64,000 nucleotides of DNA from the human T2T-CHM13v2.0 reference genome, Homo sapiens (GCF_009914755.1 NC_060934.1), one strand, 5' to 3'; shown: positions 25,884 to 40,377, counted from the first letter of the stretch. Notes: generated by a model from the sequence alone, not told the origin. Numbers and translations: made by a program.

Positions 25884-28499
25884 CTCATCTTGCTCTCTCG
25901 TTCTCTCACTGTTCTCGTTTCTTTGGAATATTGAGTAGCTCACAATGTACACCTACAAGGTACTAGTACACTTTTTATTCTGTTCTGTCACAAAAGTGTA
26001 GCTTTTCTTCTGAAGTAGATTTTCCCGAAGTACACATCCAAGAATAATAATCATCAATTGAGCTTAGAAAAAAATTTCAGATAGCATGAAAGCCAGAAGA
26101 GAGATTACTTTTTCCTTTTTTTTTTTTTTTTTTTTTTTTGAGAAATGAAAGAATCTTTTTGGGGATCCAAAAACTAATATTATGTAGTGGTAATAGTGCC
26201 TGTCTGAGAATCTTCATATGACTCTGAATTCCACAACTAGCTGTGTGGCCTTGAAAAAAATCACTTAGTTTGCCTGGGCCCTAAAAAGAATAGTAATAAT
26301 ATCCATTTATGAGAATGACTGCACCTAGTAATGTAATTTTATTTTTTTAATTTAGTTGTACAGTCAAGGCTAAAAGAACTTAATTGACTTGTCTAAGGTT
26401 TCTGAGCAATGAACCAGTGGTTTTCATCCAAATCTACTTTATCCAAAAGTTTTTCTCTTAACCAAATAGGGATATCAGACAAGCTTACCTTCAGGTTCAA
26501 TAAAGCTCTAAAACTCAATGACTATAAATTTGGGTCAAGGAAAGATCAAAACAGAACACAGTTGCCCAGGAAACACCACAGTGAAAGCTATATATTTTTG
26601 ACTAAGGCAAATACATTTGGAGCTCAGCTGTGCCCGTTAGCATGTTAAGATATACAAGGTCTAAAACAACATACTCAGAAGGCTATTCTCTTTTTCTTAT
26701 ACGCATGGGTCAACACAGTTGAAAGCAAGAAAGAATTCCATGAAAGGTCCATGATTTTGAAATTCCCCTAATCAAACTTACCCACTAATTACTTCCCCAC
26801 CTTCTAGTGTGGAACCTCTTACATTTATTCTTTATTGCATCCAAGTTTTTGTTTGTCCATCATCTGTCTTCTCTTATTAGACTACTTCCTCCTTGGAGAA
26901 ATGTCTATGCTTTAAAAAATTTTCTCCAAGCCCAGAGCTGCTGATTTTCCTTGAAGGCTTGTGTTTTTAAGCATTCTTCCACACTATGGTCCACTTCAGA
27001 CATCCTTGCTGTCCATTGACTACCTGGCATTGTCACTGATTTCCAAGTTGCAGCCTTTAGCTTTTCTTTAATGTGCAATTAATTTAGTAAATATTTCACT
27101 ATAGAAATTTCCAGTAGAACTCAACTGTGGTACCTACACTCGAAATCCACTTGTTTCACCAATAACAAACTGAATATCAGTTTGTGCTCAGCTAAGACAG
27201 CCTACTATGCTATCATTTATTTCACCTTCATATTATTATGTACCAGAAAGTGTTCTATGTGCTTTGTACTATTTATCTTATTTAATCCTCATAAAAACTA
27301 TATATTGTGAACATTATCTGATCTTTGGGGTACTTTGCCTCCTTCATCTCCATTATGGATCTACTTGCCGTTTTTAAATACCTATTTCTAAGCTACCAAG
27401 GTTTAAAACTTCATTTGGCCTGTAAACATCTGATTTATTAGAGTATTGTAAACTGTATTGGTATAAACCTCAATTAGTTTAAATCTCACAGTAGCAGCCT
27501 AAAGGAAAACAACATAAAAAAGGCAACAAACTGCAGTTGTCATCCAGTCAAAATCCAAAAAAGAATAAAATAAAATAAAGAGGGTTTAACATGGGGCTCC
27601 AGCTCTAAAGCAATTCATTTGTTTATTTAATCATGCAATATATCTAATCCAGCCCTAGAGACATGACAACAGATGGGGCGTGTGTTGGGATGAATACCCA
27701 AGCGAATATGTTCTGTTTGAGCGCTGTCATGCAGGAGTTAGTGGAGAGGATTTTAAAAATCTTAAAATTAATATGTCTCCCTCTCTTTACACCCCCCCCC
27801 CAAACTTAGTATGTATCCTTTGTGACATTACCAATAGATAAACTCTAAGGAAAAGGGGCAGTTAGTGCACTATGAAAGCCATCATTTGGAGGGCATCCTC
27901 CCCAGAAAAACTTCAGTTCAAAGTTGAGTCTCAGGAAGATGTACACCAAGGTCATGAAACATTATGCACAGACAGGGAACAGCTCTGCTATTGCTCGTAA
28001 CACCAGGCTTGAAATTTGAGTTCAACCAAGGTTGAGCACTGCTGCAAATTCCCCTGGTGAAAAAATGTGCACAGTGCCTTCTCATTTGTGAAATATTTTC
28101 ACATCTTTTACCAAAGAATGGGAGCTCTTGCTCATGGTCATCACTAAACCCAAGATTAAAACAATGTAGCAGTCATTTAATGCTGAACAGTAAAAAAATA
28201 CACATGTAAATAAAGTTAACAGGCAAAGAAATACTGCAATGAAGAACAGTGTAGCATTATAGGTGTCTAAATATGCACAGCTTGCAGGAAAATAATAAAC
28301 AGAACAAATGCTAAGGGGAAGTAATCCATCTTCCTTAATTAAAAAAAATTACTGTCTCCATCTATCTACCTATCTACCTACCTACCTAATTTCACAAAAG
28401 ATTTGAGGCAATATTACACAATATTCATAGTTATATACATTAAAAAAATCAGAGTTAGGGAAACTATCAACAGAGAGAAAGATAGGGTCAGGTTAATGA

Positions 28500-28812
28500 T
28501 TGGGACAAGGACAGCCTCATGCCAATAATTCCAACACCTTGGGAGGCTGAAGTGGGAGGATAGCTTTAGCCCAGAGGTTCAAGACATCCTGGGTAACAAA
28601 GCAAGACTCTGTCTCTACAAAAAATAATTAAAAATTATCCAAGTGTGGTGGCACATGCCTGTAGTCCCAGCTACTAGGGAGGCTGAGGTAGGCGGATAGC
28701 TTGAGCCCAGGAGTTCAAGGCTGCAGTGAGCTATGTTCACAACGCTGTACTCCATTCTGGGTGACAAAGCAAGACCCTGTCTCTAAAAATAAGTAAATAA
28801 ATAATCAATCAA
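28500..28812 (+). mobile_element. AluJ-type SINE
   Basis: Diverged sense dimer; 'gagcccaggagttcaaggctgcagtgagctatg'. Confidence 0.9.
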
Positions 28813-29335
28813 TACATATAAAGAAAGATTGGAACAGATCTCCAGATGTCTTAGTGCATCTGTAGAAAGGTTATGCCAGTTTATCAACAAAAGGAACATC
28901 TTTTCCTTACACTTAAGCTTGAAATAAATTTCTTACATGAAATTTAAAATAGAGCACTGAGTGACACAGTAGATGACATTCTTAACCATTGATTTCCACA
29001 AGCAGAGCAACAAAGTGTGGAGAGCTTTTTCCTTCTAGTATCCCTGAAAGTCAGCTGAGACCTGTTGCCAAACTACAAGTGTGTAGGATGGCAAAACAAT
29101 GTCGTTTCACTCTGCAGGTCTCTTAGCTCCAGTTTTATCCAGGGGTAAATTCTAGTATTTCTGGCTGAATCATATTTTTCAATTTTACATAAATGTCAGA
29201 TCTTTCTTTGGAGACTTTTGATGAAAATCTGAGCTGCTGACAGGCCAAGATTACTTTCCTTGGGAATGGAGGTGTGGGTGAGAAATGTGTGAAAGTATAG
29301 CCTTTAAAGGTGATGACATCTGATAATAGGACATT

Positions 29336-29790
29336 GTGTAAAAATGGAGGCACCTAACCAGGACTTTGAACAGAAAGGACCAGCATCCTATCTGTCTCCC
29401 AAGCCTTGCTCGTAGAACATGAACAAATAGGCAGCTGGCCTCTGGTGAAAGGCCTGAAACAAGTTTGATGTGTTCTGCTGACATCTGAAAGTGAAAAGGC
29501 CTCTAATGGCCTAACTGCAAGTTCCTCTCCCTACTCTGCCCCGCTAAAGAAGGTCCTCCATCCAAACAACACTCCTTATAGAGAAGACCAGGACCAGGGA
29601 TAAGTTCTTGCTTATCCCTGAGTAGCAGGTTTCCCTTCTCTGCCAGTTAATGGAGTTATTTGCAGGCTGATCACATCCTCATGCAAGAACGAAGGGCACC
29701 CCACCCTCTTACTACTACAAAGTCAGCCTCCCAAGACCCCTGGTTGTTCCTGCTGTTTCCAAGTGCAACCTCCATGTGGCCCTGAATAGT
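29336..29790 (+). mobile_element. ERVL-class LTR (MER54/MER74-like)
   Basis: 'ggcctaactgcaagttcctctccctactctgccc' and 'cttgcttatccctgagtagcaggtttc' recall this LTR group. Subfamily and ends uncertain. Confidence 0.55.
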
Positions 29791-30013
29791 GATCAAGACA
29801 TGGCCCTAAAGTGACACCCTCAAGGATACTGAAACAGCCTGGCCACTTTCTTTAGCCATCAAAAGGCATCCACACTACCGGGGTAATATCAAATGTCTGT
29901 ACTCATTCACTTCTGTGATTCCAGCTGAAGAAAAGAGGCAGAAAATAAGAACCTTATTCCTCTCCTTGCAGTTACTGTTTTCCTCAGTCTTTGTTTTCTT
30001 CTCTTTCCCTCTA

Positions 30014-31250
30014 TTTTTTTTTTTTTTTCAGAGACAGAATCTTGCTCTGTTGCCCAGGCTGGAGTGCAGTGGTACAGTCATAGCTCACTGTTGCAGGAAA
30101 TCAGGGACCCCAAACAGAGGGACTGGCTGAAGCCATGGCAGAAGAACATGGATTGTAAAGATTTTATGGACATTTATTAGTTCCCCAAATTAATACTTTT
30201 ATAATTTCTTATGCCTGTCTTTACTGCACTTTCTAAACATAAATTGTAAAGATTTCATGGACACTTATCACTTCCCCAATCAATACCCTTGTGATTTCCT
30301 ATGCCTGTCTTTACTTTAATCTCTTAATCCTATCAGCTGAGGAAGATGTATGTTGCCTCAGGACCATGGGGTAATTGCGTTAACTGCACAAATTATACAG
30401 CATGTGTGTTTGAACAAATATGAAATCTGGGCACCTTGAAAAAAGAACAGGATAACAGCAATGTTCAGGGAACAAGAGAGATAACCTTAAACTCTGACTG
30501 CCGGTGAGCCGGGCGGAACAGAGCCATATTTCTCTTCTTTCAAAAGCAAATGGGAGAAATATCACTGAATTCTTTTTCTCAGCTGGGAACATCCCTGGGA
30601 AAGACAATACGCACCTGGGGGTATAGGTCTATAAATGGCCCCCCTGGGTGTGGTCGTTTTTTATGGTCTGTAGACTGTTGGGGTGAAATAGACCCCAGTC
30701 TCCCATAGCGCTCCCAGGTTTATTAGGAAGGGGAAATTCCCGCCTAATAAATTTTGGTCAGACAGGTTGCTCTCAAAACCCTGTCTCTTGATAAGATGTT
30801 ATCAATGACAATGGTGCCCGAAACTTCATTAGCAATTTTAATTTCGCCTCAGTCCTGTGGTCCTGTGGTCTCGACCTGCCTCCATTTGCCTTGTGATATT
30901 CTATTACCTTGTGAAGCACTTCATGTCTGTGACCCACACCCTATTCATATAGTCCCTCCCCTTTTGAAACTCCCTAATAAAAACTTGCTGGTTTTACAGC
31001 TTGTGGGGCATCACGGAACCTACCAACATGTGATGTCTCCCCCGGACGCCCAGCTTTAAAATTTCTCTCTTCTGTACTCTGTCCCTTTATTTCTCAAACT
31101 GGCCGATGCTTAGGGAAAATAGAAAAGAGCCTACGTGACTATTGGGGCAGGTTCCCTGATAGCTCACTGTAGCCTCAAATTCCTGATCTCAAGGGATCCT
31201 CCCACCTCAGCCTCCCAAATACCTAGGACTATACTGTCACCATGCCCAGT
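30014..31250 (-). mobile_element. FRAM/AluJ right monomer split by a MER11 insertion (pieces 30014-30088 and 31162-31250)
   Basis: The Alu sequence '...catagctcac|tgtagcctc...' resumes exactly after the LTR. Confidence 0.88.
30089..31161 (+). mobile_element. MER11 (MER11C-like) solo LTR of HERV-K11/HML-8
   Basis: TGTTGCAGGAAATCAGGGACCCC...GGCAGGTTCCCTGATA, 1073 bp. Internal ~80-bp repeat (ttgtaaagatttYatggaca twice). 6-bp TSD GCTCAC at 30083-30088 and 31162-31167. Confidence 0.93.
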
Positions 31251-31252
31251 TA

Positions 31253-31789
<537 letters not shown>

Positions 31790-31832
31790 TCAAATTGTAT
31801 CCATTCTAGTGATAAACAACCCTTTTCTCTAC

Positions 31833-31995
31833 CAGTGTTTCCCAATGAGTAGTGATCATTCCACCTGCACTGGGATCACCTGGAATCCTTGCTAAAATGC
31901 TGATTCCATTGAACAGAATTTCTGAAAGTGGGTCCTAAGGGTTTGTATTCTTAACATGCTTCGGTGCTGATGCTGTAGCACTTTAGAGCTACTAA
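31833..31995. mobile_element. MER5-type hAT-Charlie MITE
   Basis: 'cagtgtttcccaa...atcacctggaatccttgctaaaatgctgattcc...gtattcttaaca'. Confidence 0.7.
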
Positions 31996-32588
31996 CCGAG
32001 ATGTTTGGTTACATGGGAGCAGCTACATCAGTGACTGTATCTCACCCATGCACCCAGCCCTGACATACCTTCAGGTGAGACCCAAACAGAGAGCCTGGCT
32101 GAGTTGGGAGCCTTGGGACAACAGCTTTGTGCTTTAATTGCTGCCCCGGTTTTAATGGGGCACTTTGCCTTTATGCACTGCTAAGCGATTCTACTGCCTT
32201 GTACACTCCCACCTGACACATATAGCTGGAGAGACTAAAAATAGACCCCACCTGCACAGAACATCCCAAAACGGGGTTGCTTCCTTCCTTCTGTTTCTGC
32301 GATCCAGGGACATTGCTCGAGAAGCATTTGTTCTCAATTCGTCTTGCTAATAAATGACACGTGGGTTCAGACAGCAGTGTGACCTCTTTTATGTTAAAGA
32401 ACTTATATGGGAAAAAAACCCAAAACTGCAATTATGATCATACCTATTGACATTATGTATATATTAACTAAATGAATATATCAAACACTGCATGTACTTT
32501 TGGCATATTTTGTTTTCTCTTTCATGGAACATAGGGACTAATCTGTATTCAGTTTAATAATTATATATTATTGTGGTCTTACAAATAA

Positions 32589-32990
<402 letters not shown>

Positions 32991-33098
32991 TAAGGCGTTC
33001 AGAATACAGTGTAAATCAGTGGTTTTAAACCTAATGTGCACATAAGAATCATCTAGAGAACTCATTTATCTAAGAGTGTTTTGAACCCATTCTGCTAG

Positions 33099-33687
33099 TG
33101 TATTAGTTGGAGTTTTCTAAAAGAACAGAACCAACAGGACTTACCCACACATCTATTTATCTATGTGTGCATGCATGTATGTATATTAGGTTGGTACAAA
33201 AGTAATTGCAATTTTTGCCTTTACTTTTAAGGGCAAAAACTGTAATTCGGTTTAATAGAGAGAGAGAGATTTATGAGGAGGAATCAGCCTGCATGATTAT
33301 GGAGCCCTAGAATCCCATGATCTGCCGTCTGCAAGCTGGAGATCCAGGAGAGTCAGTGGTGTAATTAAGTCCCAGTTCAAAGCGCCAGGGGAGCCACTGC
33401 TGCTAAGCCCAGTCTAAGGGCAGGAAAGGTGGAATGAGATGTCTCAGCTCAGATAGTGAGGCAGAAATAAAAGGGGGCAAGTTATTCCTCCCTCTGCCTT
33501 TTGTGCTCTTTGGGCCCTCAGTGGACTGGATGGCGCCCACCTGCCTTGGGCAGAGCCATCTGCTTTACTGAGTCCACTGATGCTACTGCTAATCTCATCT
33601 GGAGCACCCCCACAGACACACCCAGAAATAAGGCTTAATCTGGGCACTGCATGACCTGGTTAAGTTAATACGAAAATTAACTTCACA
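33099..33687 (-). mobile_element. MLT2 (MLT2B-like) ERVL solo LTR
   Basis: TGTATTAG...AAAATTAACTTCACA termini; 'gatctgccgtctgcaagctggaga'; near-TSD GCTAG/GCCAG. Confidence 0.88.
33186..33255. mobile_element. MADE1 (Hsmar1-derived MITE), right TIR degraded
   Basis: TTAGGTTGGTACAAAAGTAATTGCAATTTTTGCCTTTACTTTTAAGGGCAAAAACTGTAATT, flanked by TA dinucleotides. Confidence 0.88.
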
Positions 33688-33819
33688 GCCAGTTCATAGC
33701 ATGTAGCCTTGGACAAGTTACTTAACCTCTCTGTGCCTCCATTTCTCCACTTGTGAAACTGGCATAATAACAGTATATATCTCATAATGTTGATCTAAAC
33801 ATTAAATTAGTTAATACAA

Positions 33820-34112
33820 GGCTGGGCATGGTGGCCTACACCTGTAATTCCAACACTTTGGGAGGCCAAGGGGAGCAAATCACTTGAGCCCAGGACTTCA
33901 AGATCAGCCTGGGCAACATGGTGAAACCCCATCTCTACAACAACAACAAAAATACAAAAATTAGCCGGGTATGGTGGCATGCACCTTTAGTTCCAGCTAC
34001 TCAGAAGGCTGGGGCCAGAGAATTACTTGAGCCCTGCAGGTTGAGGCTACAGTGAGCCCTGATGGCACCATTACACTCCAGCCTCGGCAACCCTGTCCCC
34101 AAAAAAGAAAAA
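33820..34112 (+). mobile_element. AluJ-type SINE inserted in a MIR (MIR about 33693-34185)
   Basis: TSD AAATTAGTTAATACA on both sides; MIR core 'ggacaagttacttaacctctctgtgcctc' upstream. Confidence 0.9.
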
Positions 34113-34971
34113 AAATTAGTTAATACACATAAAGCTTTAGAAAAGTGTCTGTCAAACAATATATGATCGGTATGTATTATTATTAAATGACGATTACTCG
34201 TTGGATTGCTCATTAAAAGACTTGAAAAAAATGCATCCAGAGTAGATCCTGGAAATCTACATTTAAAATAATTATTGCTAACAATTCTGATGCCATTGGC
34301 TCATGGTATCACCATTTGAGAGCTGGTCATCTAATAGGACCATTCATTTGAGTTTAGGAAGAAATGTTGGTATTCTACTTCTATCAGCTTTCTTTATCAG
34401 AAAATAGAAAATTTATTTTACAGTATTTAAAATAGTAGCTGATGCTGGGGCCTTCATTAGTCTATGATTTAGATATCTTCTAGGGATTTCCAGGAATTTC
34501 CTATAAAGTAGGAAAGGGAATCTCACAAGTAGGAGCTGATGGTGGTCCCTGCCCCAGTGATCTTTCAGTGCACAGTGATGCATTGCAATTTGCATTCATG
34601 CTGAATGAAATGAATTTATGGATTATATTTATCTAATTATAGATCATTACAAAAGAAACAATTGACTTGAAAAGATTTTTGCTAAAAATGTATACATCCA
34701 TGACAATGCTAACAATTTCAGCAAAAGTGAAGAAGAAAATGACATTACCATTTGTCTTTGTTTTTGCACGATCCCTCTGCCAACCACATCTTCAATAAAA
34801 GCAATCTTCATATAATCAATCTGACCAAAAAAAGAGGCCGCCAAAAGTGCTTTTATCAAGAATACTGTTTGAAATGTTAATGGTCTCATTGATAATTATT
34901 TCATCCCAAGTATACATTATGCTGTGATCTATTAAAGAATTTCTCCAGTGCATTAAGAAAGTTTGGTGAGT

Positions 34972-35245
34972 GGCTGGCACAGTGGTTCACGCCTATAATC
35001 CAGCACTTTGGGAGGCTGAGACAGGCGAATTGCTTGAGCCCAGGAATTCAAGACCAGCCTGGGCAACATAGGGAGACCCCATCTCTATTAAAAATAAAAA
35101 TAAAAATAAAAACCTAGCCAGGCATGGTGGTGCATGGCTTTGGTCTTAGCTACTTGGGAGGCTTAGGTGGGAGGATAGCTTGAGCCCAGGAGTTCAATGC
35201 TACAGAGAGCTATGATCATGTCACTGCACAAGAGCCTGTCTCAAA

Positions 35246-35284
<39 letters not shown>

Positions 35285-35290
35285 AATAAA
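34972..35290 (+). mobile_element. AluJ-type SINE with (TAAA)n tail
   Basis: Sense dimer with a tail of about 11 TAAA units; flanking AAAGTTTGG repeat. Confidence 0.9.
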
Positions 35291-37542
35291 AGTTTGGAAA
35301 GCATTAGAGTAAATTTTGAGATTCAAAATTATCTTTGTTACCCAGTCAATTCACATGTACAGAGATCAATAACAAAAGTAAAAAGTTGTCTTTTTAATTT
35401 GGGAAAAAAATGATCATCTCACTAGAAGTAAATTAAAGTGTACCACACAATCTAAAAGATCTCATGTTTTTTAAATGAAGTTGTTTCCTTGGAGCATAAA
35501 TAAAATTAAAACCAATTACTCAATCTGAGCCCAGTTGCAATTGACTTCTCCTTTCTGTTTGTCCTTAAGATGCCTGTATAACAAAGCAAATTCATGAGAT
35601 ATCTGAGTATATTTTCCCTGGGTGGTAGTTGATTTCCACTCAGCTTTGGGAGATGACTCAACAAAACAAAATTTGTGGGGTAAAGAAGACTTAAATAAAC
35701 AACAGATAAAAATTGATGGGATTGACGTCTCACTGTAAGCCAAATAGAATTTCTGCAGACCAAATGGTTTTGAAAGGCATTTACCATGTCGTGTGTAACT
35801 CTCTGTAATTATATCTGGGAGTCATCATTTCACTTTCATGCTCATTGTCAAATGAACATCAGCCTCCAGTTTAACACTGTGTGGAGGAGGGGTCAGAGAG
35901 AAAAATTCTTGGGTTTTTTTATGGTAGGGAAATTATCATGTATCCACATTGCTCAGACCTTTACAGAACATGTAAGTTACTTTGGACCTGAGCTTTGATA
36001 TTTGTACTTTATGACATTTACTAATGACTCAAAAACATACAGTGTGCTCCTGAACTTTTAAATCATGGATATGTCTTCTGTTCTGTAGTACTACACTAAC
36101 TACAGTAACCTGCCTACAAAAATTAAATATTGGTTCATGGTTATAATTACAGGCATAAGCCTAAGGCAGTGAAGCTTAAAATTAAGTTGAATCATATGAA
36201 ATGCCATTATTTGGAAGCCAGAAATGGTAAAAATCATCAACTCTGGAGACAAGCAATCCTAAACTCTGGTTGGTCCTGCCAATGCTGGTGAATGGCTCCA
36301 CTCCAGTCTAGGGGTGCCCGGCTCCAAAGACAGCTCCTAAACTCTGAATGTTGTACCTGCATTTAAGAGCCTCGTAAAAGTACCATTTCTAACACTCTAG
36401 TTTTAGCTACTGTAGTTAGTGTAGAGGGCTAAAATCCTCATGCGCTGCATTTAATTACATGAGAAACTTTCTGCAAAGAGAAGTTGAACTCTAACTTACA
36501 AAGTCTTTCAAATGCAATATGTAGTATTCATTTCCCCAAAGATATCTATGCTCATCAAGGTCCAGAAATTTGTAAATTTAGAGAAATATAATTGACATAT
36601 GAGTATACAGACCACAACTTAAGCAAACAAATGAATTTTTCCTTCAAGATAGACTCTGTGGGAGCCTGTACATTTATTCTCAAGATGAGGTTATTATTCA
36701 AAGTATAGTTGGTGCCCCTGTTGGTATCACTCTAAGAGAGAGTTTATAAAAAGCGTCCTCATTATCTTATAGTCACAGCTCATAAATCTGTTCACCTTGG
36801 GGTGATCAAATGAGAGGCTGGCAGGATATCAATCTGTGTTTTCAATACTGTGTATTTGAATAGCGATGAAAACACCAAGAGGAATGACCACTTTGTCAGA
36901 ATTGAAAGGAAGGCTTCCTAGAGCTAAAAACCCTGGGCTGAATCCCAGGAAGCCTTATGGATTGGTTTAGTAGGATAATTATGTGGCTATTCACTGGTAA
37001 GTGAAAAGAGGAGAGAAATAAGCACGAAAAAGTCATAATAAATGTGATCGGATTTTGGTGTTTGGTGTCTATCCCATCTATTTTCTAAGAAATTCTTAAA
37101 TTCTGCTATATGATTTTATAAAAATTCTCTAATGTTTGAACATGAAACAGCCTAAGTGTCTTTGACTCTGTCGGATCAGTCCCCTCCAAGCTTTCTGTGT
37201 TTGAGGGACTTTTCCTGCTGGTGATCCCCAGGAGGTACCTTTCCACAGGGACTCACACAGCAGCATATCTGTGTACTCTATCCAGCTGTTCCTGTTAATA
37301 AGAGATAAAATTGAGACATAGAAGGTGAACCCTTTTTATTTCCTTTCCCTTCTGGAAATTGCAGCACCCAGTGTGCCCTGAGTGTCAGTGTTCTATGCTT
37401 AGCGAGTCACTAAAAGCACAATTCACAGCCTCCCATCAACAGCAGCTCTTGTCCCGGCTTCTCGGATGATTCCCATGAACTTGGCATTCAACCTAAGGGT
37501 ACAGAGTCATAAACCAGAGTTGGCTCTTTTCTTGGAGTGTTT

Positions 37543-37852
37543 CTTTTGTTTGATTTTTGTTTGAGACAGAGAGTCTCACCCTGTCACCCAGGCTGGAGTG
37601 CAGTGGTGCGATCAGGGCTCACTGCAGCCTCAATCTCTTGGGCTCAAGTTCCCATGTAGCTGGGATTCCCAAGTAGCTGGGACCACAGGCACATGCTACC
37701 ATGCCCAGCTAATTTTTTTTTTTTTAATTTTTAGTAGAGATGAGGTCTCCTTATGTTGTCCAAGCTGGTCTTGAACTCCTGGGCCCAAACCACCTGCCGG
37801 CCTTGGCCTTCCAAACTGCTGGGATTATAGGCACGAACCACTGCGCCTGGCC
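37543..37852 (-). mobile_element. AluJ-type SINE
   Basis: Antisense dimer; TSD GG(A/G)GTGTTTCTTTT; small internal duplication of 'ttcccaNgtagctggga'. Confidence 0.9.
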
Positions 37853-40377
37853 AGGGGTGTTTCTTTTGTACCATCATCTATTTGAGCGAATCTCCATGCA
37901 GATGACAAGACCCACGATTCTGTCTCACAGAAACCTTCAGATTAAGCCCAACCCAGTTAGATTTTAATGTCAGTTTTTATTGATCTGTAGTAGAGAGGCT
38001 GATAAATTTTCCCAATAAAACCTTGTTCCTGAAGCCTCTTTCATATTCCTGATCTTCTACACCAGATGTTCTTAAACGGTTTCTCTCTCCACACCACAGG
38101 GTAACCTGACAAGAAAGATGGAATTAGAGCAGCTCAGGAAATGTGCCTAGACTCTCACCTCTTTTAGTTGTGTAACTGCCAACACTGTGGCCACATTACT
38201 GATGAAGGTGCCTTGCATGGAAGTGTCATCTGTTAGGTGTGTTAAAGAGAAAAGAGGCTAAGAATAATTGACACCAAAACCCACTGAGTTTAAAGGATGT
38301 AAGATGACACCCAGATGCCTGAGAGGGCTGATAAATACAGGCACTATATTCTAAGAGTTCCAGAGCTGGCAGTCCTGGATTGCAGGAGGGCCACTCACCA
38401 CTACTGTCAGGTCCAACTTATCTTCAGGATTGCTTGACTCCAGAGCTGGTTTTTGATCAATTCTGGCCAACCAAACTGGGAATTTCACAAGGTACAGCTT
38501 AATGAAGCTCTGTTGCCTGAAGTTTGTCTTTTGTGCCCGCTTGGTGCTCCAGGTATTTTCTGGTCTTACACCAACCTTCTCCAAATATTGCCAGTTGTTG
38601 AGTGGCCTCTTGCTGGATCCTCTAGTGCACATTGTCCTTGAACTCTCTTCCTTTTACTGCGTTAAAATCCACAGCTCTCCAGTTAGGGATCATGCTTAGG
38701 TGTTGCTGCAGCTTCATGCGTTATTCAGCTTCCCCTCTTAGAGCACAATGGAACCCAAAGGAATCCACAGTAAGAGTATTTTTTAGAGTGAGGAAAGCAG
38801 AGAGGATAGCTTTGCATAGATCTGGAGTGATAGGACACCTTTCTTGGCCCTCAATTCTAATCTAGCCAAGTGGCTGCCTACCTTATCTAGACATACGACT
38901 GTCTTTTCATAAGGCCTTCTTGTGGTGATTAGGAAACTGGAGAAGATATTACATTGTTCTCCAGGCCACACTCAAGATGTGTCTATTTTTGTTACTCGTT
39001 TTGCAACGGCTTTAAATAGCATACCTTGGGAGGCATTTTGAGATCAAGGAGTTTACCTTTGAAATAATGTATCTTCTTTATCAGCAGTGGGGCCACTTTC
39101 TGGCACAAGATACGTGCTGTTATGATATTGCAATCCACTGGGATAAAAATAATTCATGATGTCAGACCCTCATCCCAGGAGTGCTGCCCTCTTGAGGTCA
39201 TCTTCCAGGAGGGGAGGTAGGGTGGGCCAGGCCCGGAGCCTCCGCAGAGACAGAAATAGAGTGCTAATGGCCTTCAGCGACACGGACAAGAGTGGGAAGT
39301 GGACAGATATATTTATCAAGAGAAACGGCTCCAAGCATCTGCTAAGTCCCCATTCTCCTCTTTTTCCCAGGTCTATTTCTGGCATCTCTTTCCACAGCAC
39401 AGGCAGCCTTGCAGAATGAAAAGTATTTCTCCCACCTGCCCTGGCCTCTGCCCTGGCTCTGAAAGAGGCAGGCTGTGAATGATGGTTGTCAGTGTCTGGA
39501 GTTTTCACTGAAAAACAGTCCCCTGAAATGGAAAGACACACAGAGGGGAGTGATCTCATCGCCACTGATTTTTCCCAACTTTCAGTTTTGTATCTCCATG
39601 GTGGAACTCGATACAGCAGCATCCCTCAGTGGTTCCAGCCCAGAAGTGCAAGGGGAAGCCGGCTGCCTGTTCATGAATTCTGTAGCTCAAAAAGCAGAGG
39701 CCGAGAAAGCAAAATTTCAAACCTTTGTCAGAAAGGGTGAGACCTTGCTCAGCACGATAGCTGAGAACAGCTTCCTCCTTCAATGCTGGTCTCTCTATAC
39801 TGACAGTTGACAGCTGATGATCCCACATTCTCAGTCATGTGAATGACCTCACCTGAGCACCAGTTTGTAACGGATGTTTAAGAGGAAAGCAAGGGAATTA
39901 AATGCTGCACAGGAATTTGGCACTTCTGTACAGAAATAGAAAAACTAAATGAAACTTATAGTACCTTCCACTCAACTAAGATTCTTGTGAAGCAAAGTAT
40001 ATCTGGGAAAATATAGTAATATGGTTATTTTGTGTTCATAGTGTGTGACTCTACTTATAAGCACTTTTTAATCATTATAATCAATCACTTTAAAGATCTT
40101 AGAGGGAACTTATTAATCAAAATTTAAGCCTTCTTTAAAAAAAAAAAACTTCCCATATACTAATTTTGCACAGAAGCAAAAGATTAGATTGGGATTCTGC
40201 CTGTTGTGGAGAGACAAAGACAAGAGTGCTCCAGATTTCTGTGTTTGTGTTTTTACTTCATACTTTCAATGCGTCCGCAAGAATAGACTTGTGTTTCTCT
40301 TCTTAATACACAATGGTTAGAGCTCACAGAATGTAAGTAAGAGATTCTTTGAATTGCACAATAAGCCAAGGAACTTT

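Noticed and set aside
34647-34889. ORF containing IAFIEDVVGRG, resembling the PRPP-binding motif of HPRT/PRTFDC1 (VLIVEDVVGTG)
   Set aside because: The similarity covers only a few residues, the flanks are unrelated and there are no fitting splice sites. Most likely chance.
39170-39622. 150-aa minus-strand ORF, plus neighbouring ORFs at 38351-38971
   Set aside because: No recognisable domain, and ORFs overlap on both strands as expected by chance in GC-richer DNA. Not called a CDS without homology or PhyloCSF support.
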